A stretch of DNA of 63,976 bases, filler included, from Craspedostauros australis (GCA_030167865.1; 12 parts of 12 records of this genome joined end to end with filler, not necessarily neighbours in it); one strand, 5' to 3'. Numbered from the whole stretch's first letter, positions 34,651-47,321 are shown. Notes: a model not told the origin generated them from the letters alone. Translations and numbers: made by a program.

Positions 34651-36384
34651 CTACTTCCATATCCGTTTCCAATTGGAGTGGCCAATCGGCGAATCCAGCT
34701 TATGCTCCTTGAGAACCTTGAGCAACCGATCGTTGTACGTCCGAAAGAACCGCTCCAACATGATGCGCGTCGCGTCCGACATTACATGATTCGAGTGTTT
34801 TTGATACCGCACGCGATGGAGCCGCAGATGCGCCGCCGGCAATCCCATGAATGGGAGAAGCCGATCCAGAATCGACGCATAGTCGACATCGAGAATCTCG
34901 GTCGGCAGCACGAACAAGGATTGCGTGATGTTCTTGCCGACGCGCGTGTAGGCGTCGATCCAGTGTTGCAAAGGAATGACGTAGAGGGAGACGCCGATGG
35001 CCGGTTCCTGAAAAGTCTTGTCTTGGTCGATCAATTGCAGGTACGATTTCCACGCGGCGTACTCGTTGTCGGGTTGCGTCGGCACGAGCGCGTCGGTTCC
35101 GGATCGTTCGATGAGGCCGGCTCGGATCATGAGATCGAATTCGATCGCGATCCAATCCTCGAAGGACTTTTCCAAACGGAAGTTATCGACGTAGTAGGCC
35201 CACTGCGCGTAGAGGCGGTCGACAGGATTGCGCATCATGAGCACGAGCTTGCTCCACGGCGTCGTGCACAGGATATTGTAGGGCACCAGATGCGACGCCG
35301 TGAAGTAGTTGGCCGATCCGTCCATGGCGATGCTGTGCGTGTCGGGCAACGTCGTCGCCAATCGGTTGTAGTTGGCGCCCGAATTGTACATGGCCTCGCG
35401 GGCTAAGTAGACTTTGCGCTTTTGGATCATATCGTCGCGGTCGGCATCGAGGCGCAGTGGTGGGAGGTAGCGATTGAATTTGTTGGGTAGGTAAAATTTG
35501 AGGTTCTTGGTTTTGGTGGCGTTGGCGTTGATGTTGGGGTGCTTCGCTAACGTGTAGTAGAGCGTGGCGGATCCGCTCTGCTGCGTACCAATGATGATGA
35601 CACCCGGCGCCCGCTGCTTCCAGGCCGACTTGTCGCTGGAGGGATACCAGCCATAATCTTTGTCGGTGGGCGTTTTGGGTTGGAAGTTGCAATACTGCTC
35701 CAGGAAACTGGACTCCGTTGCGGTGAAGCCCTCGTTGTTTATTCTGCCCTGGGAATAGGAGACCGACGTCGCAGGTGAAATGGCCGGCAGCTTGATCGAT
35801 TGCGTTGGCGTCGGCTTGGCCTTTGGTGTTTTGGGCCTGGGCGTCGGCCTGGAGGTTGGTTGGATGTTGCTGGAAGTTGGATGTTGATTGGATTTGGGAG
35901 CTTTGGTCGGAGCCGCCGTCGGTGTCTGCGTTTGCGGCACGGCCGCGTCATGCGTCGGCTTCTGCGTCGGGTAGTGCTCCTGCGGAGATACCGTCCTGGT
36001 CCCCACCTGGACATGATCGTTTGGCAGATGCATCTTGTGCTCCACATCCTCGGGCGTTGTCGCATCGAGAATGCCGGACTTGATGATGACGAGAGATAGC
36101 ATGCACGTGAGGATGCAGCCGGCCAGAACGTATCGTCGCCTCTGCATCGTGGAGGGTCTCTTCCGGTTGGAGCTGGCGCTCGTCTCAATCTCGATCTCGA
36201 GGCCGCTGTAGATGCGGGTGTTCGCGTTGTGACTGCTGGCGCTGTGGTTGCTGCTGATGCTGTCGTTGCGTTGCGTGCGGCTGGTTCGCCGACCAACGAG
36301 GCTGCCGGATCTGCTTTCGGCGTTGCTGCTGCTGCTTCTCTTGAGGTTGCTGAAAGGAATGGGCGCTGGTGGCCTCCCAGGCAT
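34651..36384 (-). CDS. Type II membrane (Golgi-type) heparan-sulfate-sulfotransferase-like protein, 577 aa
   Basis: N-terminal TM YVLAGCILTCMLSLVII, a P/T-rich stem, then PGVIIIGTQQSGSATLY..L..HPNI, DGSANYF, KLVLMMRNPVDR and LERFFRTYNDRL. Confidence 0.85.
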   Translation of the reverse strand: MPGRPPAPIPFSNLKRSSSSNAESRSGSLVGRRTSRTQRNDSISSNHSASSHNANTRIYSGLEIEIETSASSNRKRPSTMQRRRYVLAGCILTCMLSLVIIKSGILDATTPEDVEHKMHLPNDHVQVGTRTVSPQEHYPTQKPTHDAAVPQTQTPTAAPTKAPKSNQHPTSSNIQPTSRPTPRPKTPKAKPTPTQSIKLPAISPATSVSYSQGRINNEGFTATESSFLEQYCNFQPKTPTDKDYGWYPSSDKSAWKQRAPGVIIIGTQQSGSATLYYTLAKHPNINANATKTKNLKFYLPNKFNRYLPPLRLDADRDDMIQKRKVYLAREAMYNSGANYNRLATTLPDTHSIAMDGSANYFTASHLVPYNILCTTPWSKLVLMMRNPVDRLYAQWAYYVDNFRLEKSFEDWIAIEFDLMIRAGLIERSGTDALVPTQPDNEYAAWKSYLQLIDQDKTFQEPAIGVSLYVIPLQHWIDAYTRVGKNITQSLFVLPTEILDVDYASILDRLLPFMGLPAAHLRLHRVRYQKHSNHVMSDATRIMLERFFRTYNDRLLKVLKEHKLDSPIGHSNWKRIWK

Positions 36385-37184
36385 CGTGCGGCTAGCGATG
36401 GCAGATGGGCACTTCGCTTGTTGCGCAGGCTATCGATTGAGTGGATGCCCAGCTCTGTCTCTCTCTCTCTTTCTCTCTGTCTCTGTCTCTGTCTGTCTCT
36501 GTCTCTGTGTGTCTATCTGCCTCTCTCAATCGCCTCCTTCTCTTGCTCTCTCTCTTCTCCTCTTGCCCCAGTTATGCGATGAGGTTCGTCAAGGATGCCG
36601 CCGCCGTTCAAGCGCAACTTGCGCCATTGTCGACAACAGGAAGAGGCAAACAGCGATGCGTTGTGTTGTTGTCGTTTCTCAGTCACAGGCATCGAGTCAC
36701 GACGGTCATTCAGCGATTATGGTCGTTGGAGTCGACTTCAGAGAGGTCCTGTTTCGTGAGTCGTGGTATGTGAACTTGGTGGAACATCCAATGTCGTGAA
36801 TCGTGAGAACGGATCAACTTCTCGGAGTTTGTGAGAACTTCGCGCCAGAGGTGTATCGCAGTCACCGGCGCAGACGTCCCAAAGCGCCACAACATCCGAT
36901 GAACTCATCAACCAAGGCGCCTCTCCATCTTGGCAGATGCTCCTTCCTTCTTCCATGTGATCCTCTCTTGTTCTTGTTTGACCAAGCTCTGCCATCGTCG
37001 TGGTAATAGCCATACCACACAGACGCTTGATCACATTGCGTTGGAGTTGATTCGAGTTCATCTGGAGTGTCGATAACCATCTCACCATAAAACGAAAGCA
37101 GAGACGCAACGCAAGACAGAACACAACACATCGCACAACACAGAACACAACACAGAACACAACACAGCACGCAACACAGAACAA

Positions 37185-37697
37185 GTGACGATGTCGATAC
37201 CAATACGAAGAGGCGACGAGCTGCACAAGGCCATGATCCAATTCCTGCCTGAAACGGACTGCGAATACGCCAGGTACCCCATGAACTACGAACGATGGCT
37301 CGATCCCGGCGAGACGGGTCCCAAAGGCGAGCCATGCTTCATCGCATCGCCCAACGACGACGGCATCAAGAAGGGATACGTCTACGGCCCCGGCAACAAA
37401 GGCAAAGGATATTACCACATGCTCACGCGCAGCGCCCAGACCGCGTTGTATTCCCAGATCACGCACAAGCAACCATCCGTGAGTTGCTGTTGCGCTGGCG
37501 GCGACAAGGATCCCGATGCCTACGACAAATGGGACGACGTGCAGCGTGTCATGTACGCACGTTACAAGTCGAACGTGCCCAATGATGGACGCGCCAACGA
37601 GGCCGCCATGGCGGAAGCGCAAGGTATGGCCAATGCCGCGCATCATGGTACGCAAGGTATGCAGGCCGGGGCGATGGCGGGTTCGATGTTGGGTTGA
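37185..37697 (+). CDS. Hypothetical protein, ~168-170 aa
   Basis: Strong GC3 coding bias and a protein-like sequence (YVYGPGNKGKGYYHMLTR), preceded by a CA-rich 5' UTR repeat. Confidence 0.75.
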   Translation: MTMSIPIRRGDELHKAMIQFLPETDCEYARYPMNYERWLDPGETGPKGEPCFIASPNDDGIKKGYVYGPGNKGKGYYHMLTRSAQTALYSQITHKQPSVSCCCAGGDKDPDAYDKWDDVQRVMYARYKSNVPNDGRANEAAMAEAQGMANAAHHGTQGMQAGAMAGSMLG

Positions 37698-38309
37698 TGC
37701 GTGAATGCGACTATTATACGGCGCAAGCGTCATACCTGAGGAGATATGTGGAATACACGCGACGAGAACTTGGACCAATTAATAGAGAACGAGCAAAAAG
37801 ATACTGAGCAAACTGCAACACACACTCTCTCTCTCTCTCTCTGGAGATAGATAGATTCCTGTTATTGTTCACAATGAACTGTGGATACCACTATCCACGC
37901 AACGCAAGATGCGGTTGCTGTCCGTTTGAAATGTGAAGAATACAACACAAGATGGACTGAAGTCTACTCCATCGACTTGTCTGTCAGTCTGTCTGCGTGA
38001 TACGTATGGTTTCCGTCTCAATAGATTTTGGCGCCATTTGCGAATGGAAAAAGAATGCGCCTCAACAACAACACACGCGAACTCGTGCGCAACAACAGAA
38101 TCATGACAGCCATGGTCCACAATCAAGCGTTTGACGTCCCACCAAGGTGCTCGACATGTCACGAAGATCTTGACTGTTGCTCACAAAAGTATTGCACAAG
38201 TAGTATAATCATATTACAGTACTCCATTTGGACAAGAGGACAGATATACCTGCTGTTGCACCAGTAAATCACCGCACATATTATCCCAACAAACAAAAGC
38301 AGATGGATC

Positions 38310-40844
38310 ATGGCAGAAGACGAGGAGCCGACCGATCCAACGGACAACCAAGAAGCAACGGCAATTGCCCCGAGAGACGATGAATCGGACGCGACGGTCC
38401 CAAGACGATTCCCTCGACAGGGTCTCTTCGATCCAGACAGTGAATCGGACGTCGAGGTTGGCATAGAAAGTTCCGACGAAGTCGCACAAGCGGATGATGG
38501 CACGCAACCGCAGGAATTGATGCCAACTCGCCAACGCAGCAGGCAGGTGATACATGGCGACTTCGCTGCTGATGACAGCAGCGTGAATGATACAGGCGAT
38601 GGGACACAACACAGGACGACTCCAGAAACACAGGAACACGCAAGTCTAGAAGATGAAACACGTTCGCAGCAACCCAACGATGGCAATGACGCAGATTCGG
38701 ATCAGCCCGATCCGCCAGGCATCACCGCCAAGCAGAATATGGAACTTGACACTCAACCGCCGCCGCCACGAACACAACCACAAGGCAATGCTCGTCCTTT
38801 GAGCAGCGAAAACGATGGCAATCAAGAAGGTGGTATACATGATGGTAACGATGATGTTGAAAAGGACATTGACAATGACGACGCCAACACAGGTGAACAC
38901 GATAATGAACAAGATGGAAACAACGATGACGAAACCAACGACGACAACAGCAAAGATAACAGCAATGAAGCGACTGTCGAAATCGTCAATCCCGAAGCTG
39001 AGGCAGAAAACGAGGAAAGCTCAGATGAAGATGAATCACAAGGAGGGCAACCACTGCAACTCCAGCAGGACGAGGACGAAGACGACGACGAGGAGGAACA
39101 ACCTTCTGATGAGAGAATACCTGTGCAGACTGAAGCTGTCAAAGAAGCGCTGCTATTTGAAGCCGACCTTTGCGAATGGTTCTGTTACCAATTTCTTCAG
39201 GCGGACATCAATGATGCCTCTGCGGTGAACAAAAACAGGATGCATTTCTGCGACCGAATCAACACTCGCGACCTCACCGGGCGGCTCAACACGCGCATCA
39301 TGGCTGCTGGAATTTGGGACATCTTCGTTTCGGAATGCTGCGTTGCGCAGTCTGTCGACGACGATCAATTCCAAAAGTTCAATGCCGACGCGTTGCAAAA
39401 GCTCGGATCCCGCATCAACGCTGTCCGTAAGGACTTCCTCTCACCGAAGGCAAACATTGAGACGCGCTTGGAAGATGGTGGCGGAAAGCCGTGCGGCCGT
39501 CCCACCGATGCGCAACTGAAGCGACAACAGGAGCTGCGGAAGTTGGACTGCTTCTCCACGCAGTACAAGCAGCTCCACACCCTTTGCGACGTCCAGATCG
39601 CGCTCACCATCATCGATGAGCATATTCAGAAAGGCGAAACGCGCACGGGTCTCCAAGATGGCGTCACCCGCCAGTCGGGGCACGAAGGCATCATTGGCTT
39701 TTTAGATGAATGGCAGAGCATTCTGGAAGCCACCTTCAAGAGCACTGCGAACAAGCAAAGCCAGAACAACCGCGACAGCAACGACGACGAGAACGGCGAT
39801 GACGATAGTGATGACAACAACAAACACGAGTTTGATGCGGAACGCGACATGCCGGAGGAGATACGATTCATCTACTACGTCAGCTCTTCTAACTTTGATG
39901 ACGAGACCAAACGCACCAAGCTCCGCAACAACCTCCGTGCCGTGCAGACCAACAAGCAGTCGCCATATGCGCCAGACAGGCTCTTTACAGCTGTGCGTTC
40001 CATACTCAACGACTGGTGTCAACATGTTCTCACCGTCCCAAAGCTGGTGGAATGTGGATACCGTGGCGCGCAGCTTCCCGAATGGACGGTTGATGCTGAG
40101 ACTGGAGCCAGACGCGACCTCGTAAGCCAACGTAACACCAAGAAGAGGACTCCACGCCGCGAGAGAAAATCGGTGTACAAAAGCGAAGAAGAATTGCCTC
40201 CGGATTCGCCGTCCGAAGACGAAAGTGCGCTGTCCAGCTACAGCGAAGGCTCCGGGAATAACGAGACGGAGTATGATCATGAACTCGAGCATAGTTTCAT
40301 CGTGACAGAAAACGAGCGCCTGAGCGAAGGATCCAGCACCACGTCGTCGTCGATGGCTCCTCCCCCTCTTGCACGCAGGGATGGCAGCGACGACGATGAT
40401 GAAGACGACAGCGATGTTGCCAAGATAAGCCAGGTCCAAGAGGAGCGTAGAGGCCGTGCCAATCGGAACCACAAACGCAAGCGTGGGTCCACATCCCGTC
40501 CTCGATCAACGGCGGTTGCTCATGCGGGTGCAGAAGCGTCGCGATCACCTCCATCACGAAGGCCTCCGCTCGACACTTCCGATGCCGATAGTGATGACGC
40601 TCTCGGCAACAGCAGCGACGCCGGATTGCCCCATCGCATCAAGCTGTCATCGCCCCCACCACCGTTAGAGTCATCTCGTAAGCGAAAACGGAACGGAATA
40701 TCCAACAACAAGGGCAGACAGCGGCGCGTGGTGCGCCCACGGAACGAGGAGATCCGGCGTCCAAAAACAAACGGCAGAGCGAAGCCGGCGCCAGCGCGCC
40801 GTCGACGCCAGACCACGTTCATGGAGGACTTAGCCGAGTTTTAG
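38310..40844 (+). CDS. Hypothetical, probably nuclear protein, 844 aa (acidic disordered ends, central helical domain, NLS-like basic clusters)
   Basis: Long uninterrupted ORF with HKRKR, RKRKR and RRRRQ clusters. Confidence 0.8.
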   Translation: MAEDEEPTDPTDNQEATAIAPRDDESDATVPRRFPRQGLFDPDSESDVEVGIESSDEVAQADDGTQPQELMPTRQRSRQVIHGDFAADDSSVNDTGDGTQHRTTPETQEHASLEDETRSQQPNDGNDADSDQPDPPGITAKQNMELDTQPPPPRTQPQGNARPLSSENDGNQEGGIHDGNDDVEKDIDNDDANTGEHDNEQDGNNDDETNDDNSKDNSNEATVEIVNPEAEAENEESSDEDESQGGQPLQLQQDEDEDDDEEEQPSDERIPVQTEAVKEALLFEADLCEWFCYQFLQADINDASAVNKNRMHFCDRINTRDLTGRLNTRIMAAGIWDIFVSECCVAQSVDDDQFQKFNADALQKLGSRINAVRKDFLSPKANIETRLEDGGGKPCGRPTDAQLKRQQELRKLDCFSTQYKQLHTLCDVQIALTIIDEHIQKGETRTGLQDGVTRQSGHEGIIGFLDEWQSILEATFKSTANKQSQNNRDSNDDENGDDDSDDNNKHEFDAERDMPEEIRFIYYVSSSNFDDETKRTKLRNNLRAVQTNKQSPYAPDRLFTAVRSILNDWCQHVLTVPKLVECGYRGAQLPEWTVDAETGARRDLVSQRNTKKRTPRRERKSVYKSEEELPPDSPSEDESALSSYSEGSGNNETEYDHELEHSFIVTENERLSEGSSTTSSSMAPPPLARRDGSDDDDEDDSDVAKISQVQEERRGRANRNHKRKRGSTSRPRSTAVAHAGAEASRSPPSRRPPLDTSDADSDDALGNSSDAGLPHRIKLSSPPPPLESSRKRKRNGISNNKGRQRRVVRPRNEEIRRPKTNGRAKPAPARRRRQTTFMEDLAEF

Positions 40845-41877
40845 ATGTGCACCAGGATATCAGTGGTGCATGAGTATCATATTCTATAATACTTTGATAT
40901 TATACATAATAACAATAGTTGCTCCTATTCAGCTCCTATTCGAACCGAGAGTCTCTGTCGTCTCATGACAGAGCACCTGCAAAGTATTCCTTCTGGAACC
41001 TGAAGCATTCCGTTCCCGAGTCGTCATCGAAAACACGATTCAACATCCAGTCATGTAGGAGTATTTGTCGCGAATTAGTCACGGATTCTCTACAACAACC
41101 ACGAGTGAAACACCGATGGGACGCACTTTTTCGTTTGGCGTTTCCGCGACCACATCGCATCAATCCATGGTCACATCTTCCTGTTTCGAGAGAGGAGCAT
41201 TTGCTGGAACAGACAACTGATGCGAATGCAACAGTGGATCGGATCGGATCGGATCGTTGATGGCAATGGTGATGTCGGCCACAACAACATGGGGGAGAAG
41301 AAGGAGAACGATGGAAGCACGACCAAGTGTGGTCGGGATCTGGGAGGCGCGTAAAGCTTCGAGACGTGATCATGGCGAGTGATGCTTGTCTGGTATCATC
41401 TCGTGATGTTGTTGTTGCTTACGATGTCTTGTTTCAGACCTGCCGCGCCGACATGCGACTACTCGCGCGCGCACTCCGCATCGGCGCGGTGGTCGTGATC
41501 GGCCAAATGTGCTGCGAGTTGCCGAAAGGATGGTCACGATGGTCGTCGCAGGAGGAACACAGGAGTCGACTTCTACTTGGTGTGCACGTCATGTCTCGTA
41601 CTGCCGAGAAGTCATCCAAGAGGGGGAGAAAGGCAGCAACAGGGTACGATGGGTACCTTGTACCCAGTGCCTTTCGCAGGAGGCAGAACTGAGCTGGTTA
41701 CACCATCGCGAAGCGGTTCGCGGGCACGGACAGTGGCAGAGTGCACGGGGTACCGCCCCACAGATCGCACACCCGAGGGCAGAGAGCAGACCGACGAAGT
41801 GTGGTGTGGCTCGGAGAGCAGAGGGGGCGAAGCGCAACCAAGACGCTCAATTTCTCTGCAAGTAAAGAGAATTTGAT

Positions 41878-43950
41878 TCAGAAAACTTTACAAAGGTTGC
41901 GGAGTCGATTGGTCTGATGGTTGGTCGCCTTCTCTTCTCGCGAGGAGACTGATCCAGCGTGCATGGCGCGAGCACGTTGAAGCGGGTGTGATTGAACCAT
42001 GATGGAGAAGAATGATACGAGTACCAGCAGGCAAGTGATGAGGTACTCCTCGGAATTGGAATGTTGCAGAGTATCCATACTCGTACGTCTCACGGGTGGT
42101 AAACTCATTCCTCGTTGGCTACTAGATGGAGGGAGAGGAATAGGTGCAACTCCTCCTGCATGTGGTGCTCCATTCCACGATCTGCTCCGTGGGATTGGAG
42201 AACCGCTCTCCGAAATGGAGTCGGTACGTGCAGAAGAACTGAGGAGAAGGTGACGGTCAGTCACACGAGCGCAGCATTGACCACGATGGCCAGAAGACAG
42301 CCACTCCCAGATTGGTTGACGCTTCAACAAGATGAGATCGGTGGCAATGTCTTCCAATCGAGTGCGGAACTGCATTGTGGGCACCAAGCGCTGAGTTTCA
42401 TTGCATTGCGAAGCAAAGCATCACCTGGCATTGTATGGTATTCGTGGATCTCTCCAGTTTGCTGTGTGGGAAGCAGTCACATGGTCGTCCCTTCAAGTGC
42501 AGCACTGTTCGTCGGAGGGATGCTCACATTGTGGCAGGGAGCTGGTTGAGAACCGCAAGATATCTTCATTCCTAGAGAAAAATGACCCACCTCCGAGTTC
42601 GAGACCATCTCTTTTGTGACGGCGTTGGTCATGCATCGCCGACGGCCAAGAGAGCCAAGGAGGCAAGCCAAGGACATCGTCGAACGCGGTGGGAACCACA
42701 GTTCCCGAAGCCAGCCCATGCCTCTTGATCAAAGAGTCATTTCTGGCGAGGAGGAGTCGATGATTTCTGGTGGAGTTTGGAAAAGGCGTTCCCAACGCAC
42801 ATGTACCTGATTCGGTGCGATGCGGCCCAGCGTCTTCGCCTTCACAGAACTGCGACGGCATGTCGGCGCATCACAAGCACAAGCTTTGCATGACGCGGCG
42901 AGACCAGCCTTTCTCTGCTATACTCGTCCAGAGCCAAGAGAGATCGACAATGATGCCATCCAAAGGCAGGGGCGAGCCGAAGTGGACCAACATCGTTCCA
43001 AGACCAACCCATCGGCGGTTGAGGCTGGTCGATACCGTATCTACTCGTGTTGTTCGATAGTACATTCGGAAATATTGTGTTACGACATCAATCGGTGTTG
43101 TCGGCACCAACCAGCCATTGTTGTGGTCAGATCGGTGCGGCCTTTGTTTCTCAAATTGTGAGAGGAGGTACGAGCATTCCCCATAGATGTTGAACCAGAC
43201 AGAGGAAGATGTCCATCACGATCACGAAGCGGTTATCGGACAGACAGAGAATAGGAACATCGTGTCGCGTCGCCCATTCTCTCTGACCTGCCCATCGTCA
43301 CGCAAACCTGTTGGGATGAGCCAAGTCGCTCACTTGTTCATCTTCCTCAGCCATGCCACAACATGTAAGCCCAAGCGAGATTCAAAGCTCGCGCAAGTCC
43401 TTGGGTTGTGCGAAATAGTCTCCAGCAGCCAACGTCGAACACAGCCACGAGCTGGGTGCGAGGACGAGCACGAGAACGAGTAGAACAGAGTCGAGTGGAG
43501 CAGACCATCTCCGCATGTATGGAAGGCGTGTGTGACGTGATGCGTGGAAACGTCTTGTCTCCCTGCCACACCGCTCCCCAGTTGCACGAATACACTCCAA
43601 ACACGCATGCCATAGATACAGCTCTGTCTCACTTGTCCAAGGATGGATGTGAGTACCAAAATGTCCTCGAAATGATCCATGCTATGTGGAAAGCAGCAGA
43701 CTGATCCTCACGGACCATGTTCGACAGCCATATATCTTCGTCATGCTAGCCTCTACACTTATGCGGGACGAAGGCAGCTTGTGCTGAAGCAGTCCGTGAC
43801 ATGTCGCACATGCGTGATTGTATGTGCCCTCGAGCATCGTGTGTAGGCAAGAAACCCCGAGAAGAGCGAACGAGGCGTCTGCATCCTCTTCTCGCGAAGG
43901 TCGTCGTTTCGAAAAATAGTGGAGCGAAGGGTTCGTCCGTTTTGACCATG
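41878..43950 (-). pseudogene. Possible decayed gene remnant
   Basis: Protein-like fragments in shifting frames (CCFPHSMDHFEDILVLTSILGQ; WTSSSVWFNIYGECSYL; FCEGEDAG...STRNHRLLLAR; RLEDIATDLILL..PIWEWL), interrupted by stops. Confidence 0.3.
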
Positions 43951-45558
43951 ACAGGAGTACGAGTACGAGGAGAGTATGTAATAGTCGTAGTATTGCGCGC
44001 ACGAGTACGATTAGGTGCCTGGTTTGGAAAGTTGGAGGTGTTGGTGGGAGAGATGGAAACGGAGAGAGAGAGAGAGAGAGAAAGAGGAGGGGGATTGGAT
44101 GTTTGCCGATGCGTTTGTCGATGTCCCAGAGAGGCAGGTCACGAAGTCGCCCGGCTGCAATTGCGTTTGCTAGTTTTATTGCCATTGCCAATTCCTATCG
44201 GCACTCGCGTTGCCGTTGGTAGAATACTCAAGGTCCTCGAGACCCATTGTCGTTGTCCCTGTCATCGCCGACAACGAGTTTCCAGACCGTTTGCGTTTTC
44301 TGAGGACCAGAAATGGCCGAGACCACGAACACAACGAGCAGTTCTGTTGCGTTTTGGCGCAAATGCGTTGTGCGGTTAAATTCCTGTATCGTGGATTGAA
44401 GCCCATCGCGCAGCTATAGCAAGGGCTGTTGTACTCGCGATGCCTCGTTCCGCAGTGTTACTGGCGTCACTGACGGACGCGGAATGGGTAGAGTCGCTTC
44501 TACCCACAGAGTTGCTGTTGGTGTTGTTGTCTGGCATTTGAAATTGGGACCAAACTATCATGACGAAACGAGTTGGACCGTGACACGACCGTTGGTTTGT
44601 TCGGAGGAGCAGATATGTCGTATGTGCCCGATTACATGGTCAACAAGAGGTTAATGGTAGTCACGTGCCAAGTGGTATTTTACGAATAGCTTACGACCTA
44701 CATAAAGAGGTCATTCGTCTATGGCACGGTTGCGACAATAAATCAGGATCAACGCAATTATGGAGTGATATATATACTTAACAAGACGAAGCCCATGGCG
44801 AAAACAGCCGAACGACGCCGTGGTTGTGACGGCACACAAACACACGCAGGAACCGAGCACAGGGAAGCGAAGGAAGAAAATCAATCAGACGAAAGGAAGA
44901 AATTCACGTCCAACGTTGGTGGGTTCCCATCGCGAAGCAATCGGCGGATCGAACCAACGACGAACAGCCACGACAACACACGATCACAGGAACAAGACCA
45001 ACTTCCCGCCACGGAGGGGGTTGGTCTTTGTTGGCGGCGCCGTTCCCTCTCTTGGCGTTGTCGTGGTTGTTGCCAATAACGCGCTGTCGTGCTGTTGCGT
45101 TGTCACGAGAGCACCAAGAACAACCACATGAAACGCGAGTGGCAAGAAAGGGCACAGGTCAAGAAACACTCCAACACACAATCAACACCCAGCCGCCCCA
45201 AGAGAGACGACACCACAATCCCACAACCACTCCAGCCACTCCACTACTATCATAATTGTACCACCCAATACCACAACACCGCAGCATACTTGTACAAGGA
45301 CTAACGATAGCGACTGTAGCTCGTACGAATACCAATACCAATCCTCCACAACCTCCATCCACAGCAGCATCAGCAGCATCAGCAACTTCACCAAGAAAAG
45401 CAAGCAAAGCATCTGTACATCCCATAAAACGAGGACGACCCACCGATCACCTCAACCAAGCTACCTGCCTACCTACCGACCTGCCTATCTACCTGCCTTT
45501 CTTGACCGGACGATACCCATCCTCTGATCCATACCCATAGTCACATCGACAGCACACC

Positions 45559-46627
45559 ATGACATCCCACCAATCGCAATCAGAAGAATCCACCATGCAG
45601 CAACAGCAACAGCAACAGCAACCACTGAGCCAGCATTTGGCGCTGCACGCGGATGCCGCTCCCACCACAGGCTCCCTCTGCTCCGGAGAACTGCAGCAGC
45701 AACACCACACCTACGTCTACAAGAACCAGCTGCCACGACGCCGTCGCAAGCTCGATCCCAACCGCCGCGTGACATTCGCAACGGAGGCCATCGCGCATCG
45801 CAATCCCCTCACCGTGGAGGAGGCCAGCGAGTGCTGGTACACGGTACGTTGCGTGCTTGTTTGCGTGCTTGTTTGCGTGCTTGTTTGTTGGTTTATCTGT
45901 GTTGTGCAACCCCAATCAATCGCCGCGTCTTGCCACGACCATCTGCTATACCCCACCTTGTCGATCCACATCACTCACGCTCCACTTGCGCTTCCCTTCC
46001 AACCTTGTCTCTCGATTCGAATCTGTGCACACGCCATCCCCACACTCCCGCTCGCATGTACCCATAACCGTATCTGGATTCGTTCTCTGCGCTCGCGTTC
46101 CACGACCTAAACAGAGAGACCAACTGGCTTCCTTCAAGCACGATCGCAAGGACACAGTTCGCGCACTCAAAGCAGTCAACTTCGATGCCGCCAAGATCGA
46201 TCTGTCGCGCTACTGTCTGCGCGGCTACGAGGCCTACTCCTCCGTGCAGTTCAACAGATTCCTGCAGAAGCAGAGGATACTCGTCTCGCGTTCTGTCCTG
46301 GCGGAGCAGCGCAGGCAGAAGCAGGTCTGCGTCGAGATGATCATGGACCAGCAGAGGCTGCCGCTCACGAGGGAACAGGTCGAGCAGAGCCTGCCCTTCA
46401 TGGTCTTTGACACCGACAGCCTCTGCGAGATCTCCATGAAGTCCACGGCGTGGGCCAAGGAGCGCGGCGTCGAGATGGCCATGGAGGACGCTCTCAACTG
46501 CGGATACCCGCCCATGACTTCCATCGTGGTGGACGACGTCGGAGACTACTACAACGAGCACGCGCCCGCCAATGCCAGCGACGACGACGACGACGACACC
46601 AGCAACGGGGACTGGGGCTTCCGGTAA
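45559..46627 (+). CDS. Diatom-type hypothetical protein; exons 45559-45843 and 46115-46627
   Basis: The intron GTACGT...AACAG joins RRVTF...ECWYT|RDQLASFK, followed by YCLRGYE and VLAEQRRQ. A 12-bp repeat lies inside the intron. Confidence 0.8.
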
Positions 46628-46767
46628 AACGGACTATCGGACTAACGAACAGCATCACTATTTGGTTAACGGACGATATTAGTCGTGAATGCGAAATTCT
46701 TAGTCATGATTGGAATGTCGTACTTGGCGTTTATGGTTTATGCAATCCGTGATTGAATTGTCTCTAG

Positions 46768-46926
46768 CCTACAGCGAAAAAAAAATGCCCTAAAATAAGG
46801 CACCTTTTGAAAAGATGCCCTATTTAGGGCACGTTTTGAAAAGGTGCCCTATTTAAGGCACGTTTTGAAAAGGTGCCCTATTTAAGGCACGTTTTGAAAA
46901 GGTGCCCTATTTTAGGGCACGTTTTG
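46768..46926. repeat. 29-bp tandem repeat with an internal palindrome, ~5 units, behind a TACAGCG-A9 boundary
   Basis: Unit gttttgaaaaggtgccctatttaRggcac with palindromic core gtgccctatttagggcac. Confidence 0.9.
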
Positions 46927-47321
46927 TTTCACAATAGCCCAGCCACGATGGGCACATTCCACAAAGCCATCAACGGGGAACGATGTGGACGTCACTGAAT
47001 GACGAATCAGAACACTAATACTTATCGTCAACTTGGCGTGACATGCCTTTGATAATCCTCTGTCGTCGCGTTGTTGCGCGGGATTTGCTCTTGCTCTTTC
47101 TGTCGTCCAATCGGCNNNNNNNNNNNNNNNNNNNNNNNNNNNNNNNNNNNNNNNNNNNNTTAATTAATTAANNNNNNNNNNNNNNNNNNNNNNNNNNNNN
47201 NNNNNNNNNNNNNNNTGTGTGTGTGTCTTGGTTGGTGCTCATTTGTTGCCCATTGTGCGCTTTTCACTGCCTGGTGTGTTGTTGAGCGAGCATCCTCTTG
47301 CAACATGAACTTGGTTGGGGC

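Noticed and set aside
34678..35406. Long antisense ORFs opposite real genes (also 2805-3887, 6052-6780, 30578-31435)
   Set aside because: They are shadow or alternate frames expected from high GC3 codon bias, with no recognisable motifs.
46786..46926. CRISPR array (also considered for 14571-14725 and 10521-10670)
   Set aside because: The repeats are contiguous without unique spacers, there are no cas genes, and the context is eukaryotic.
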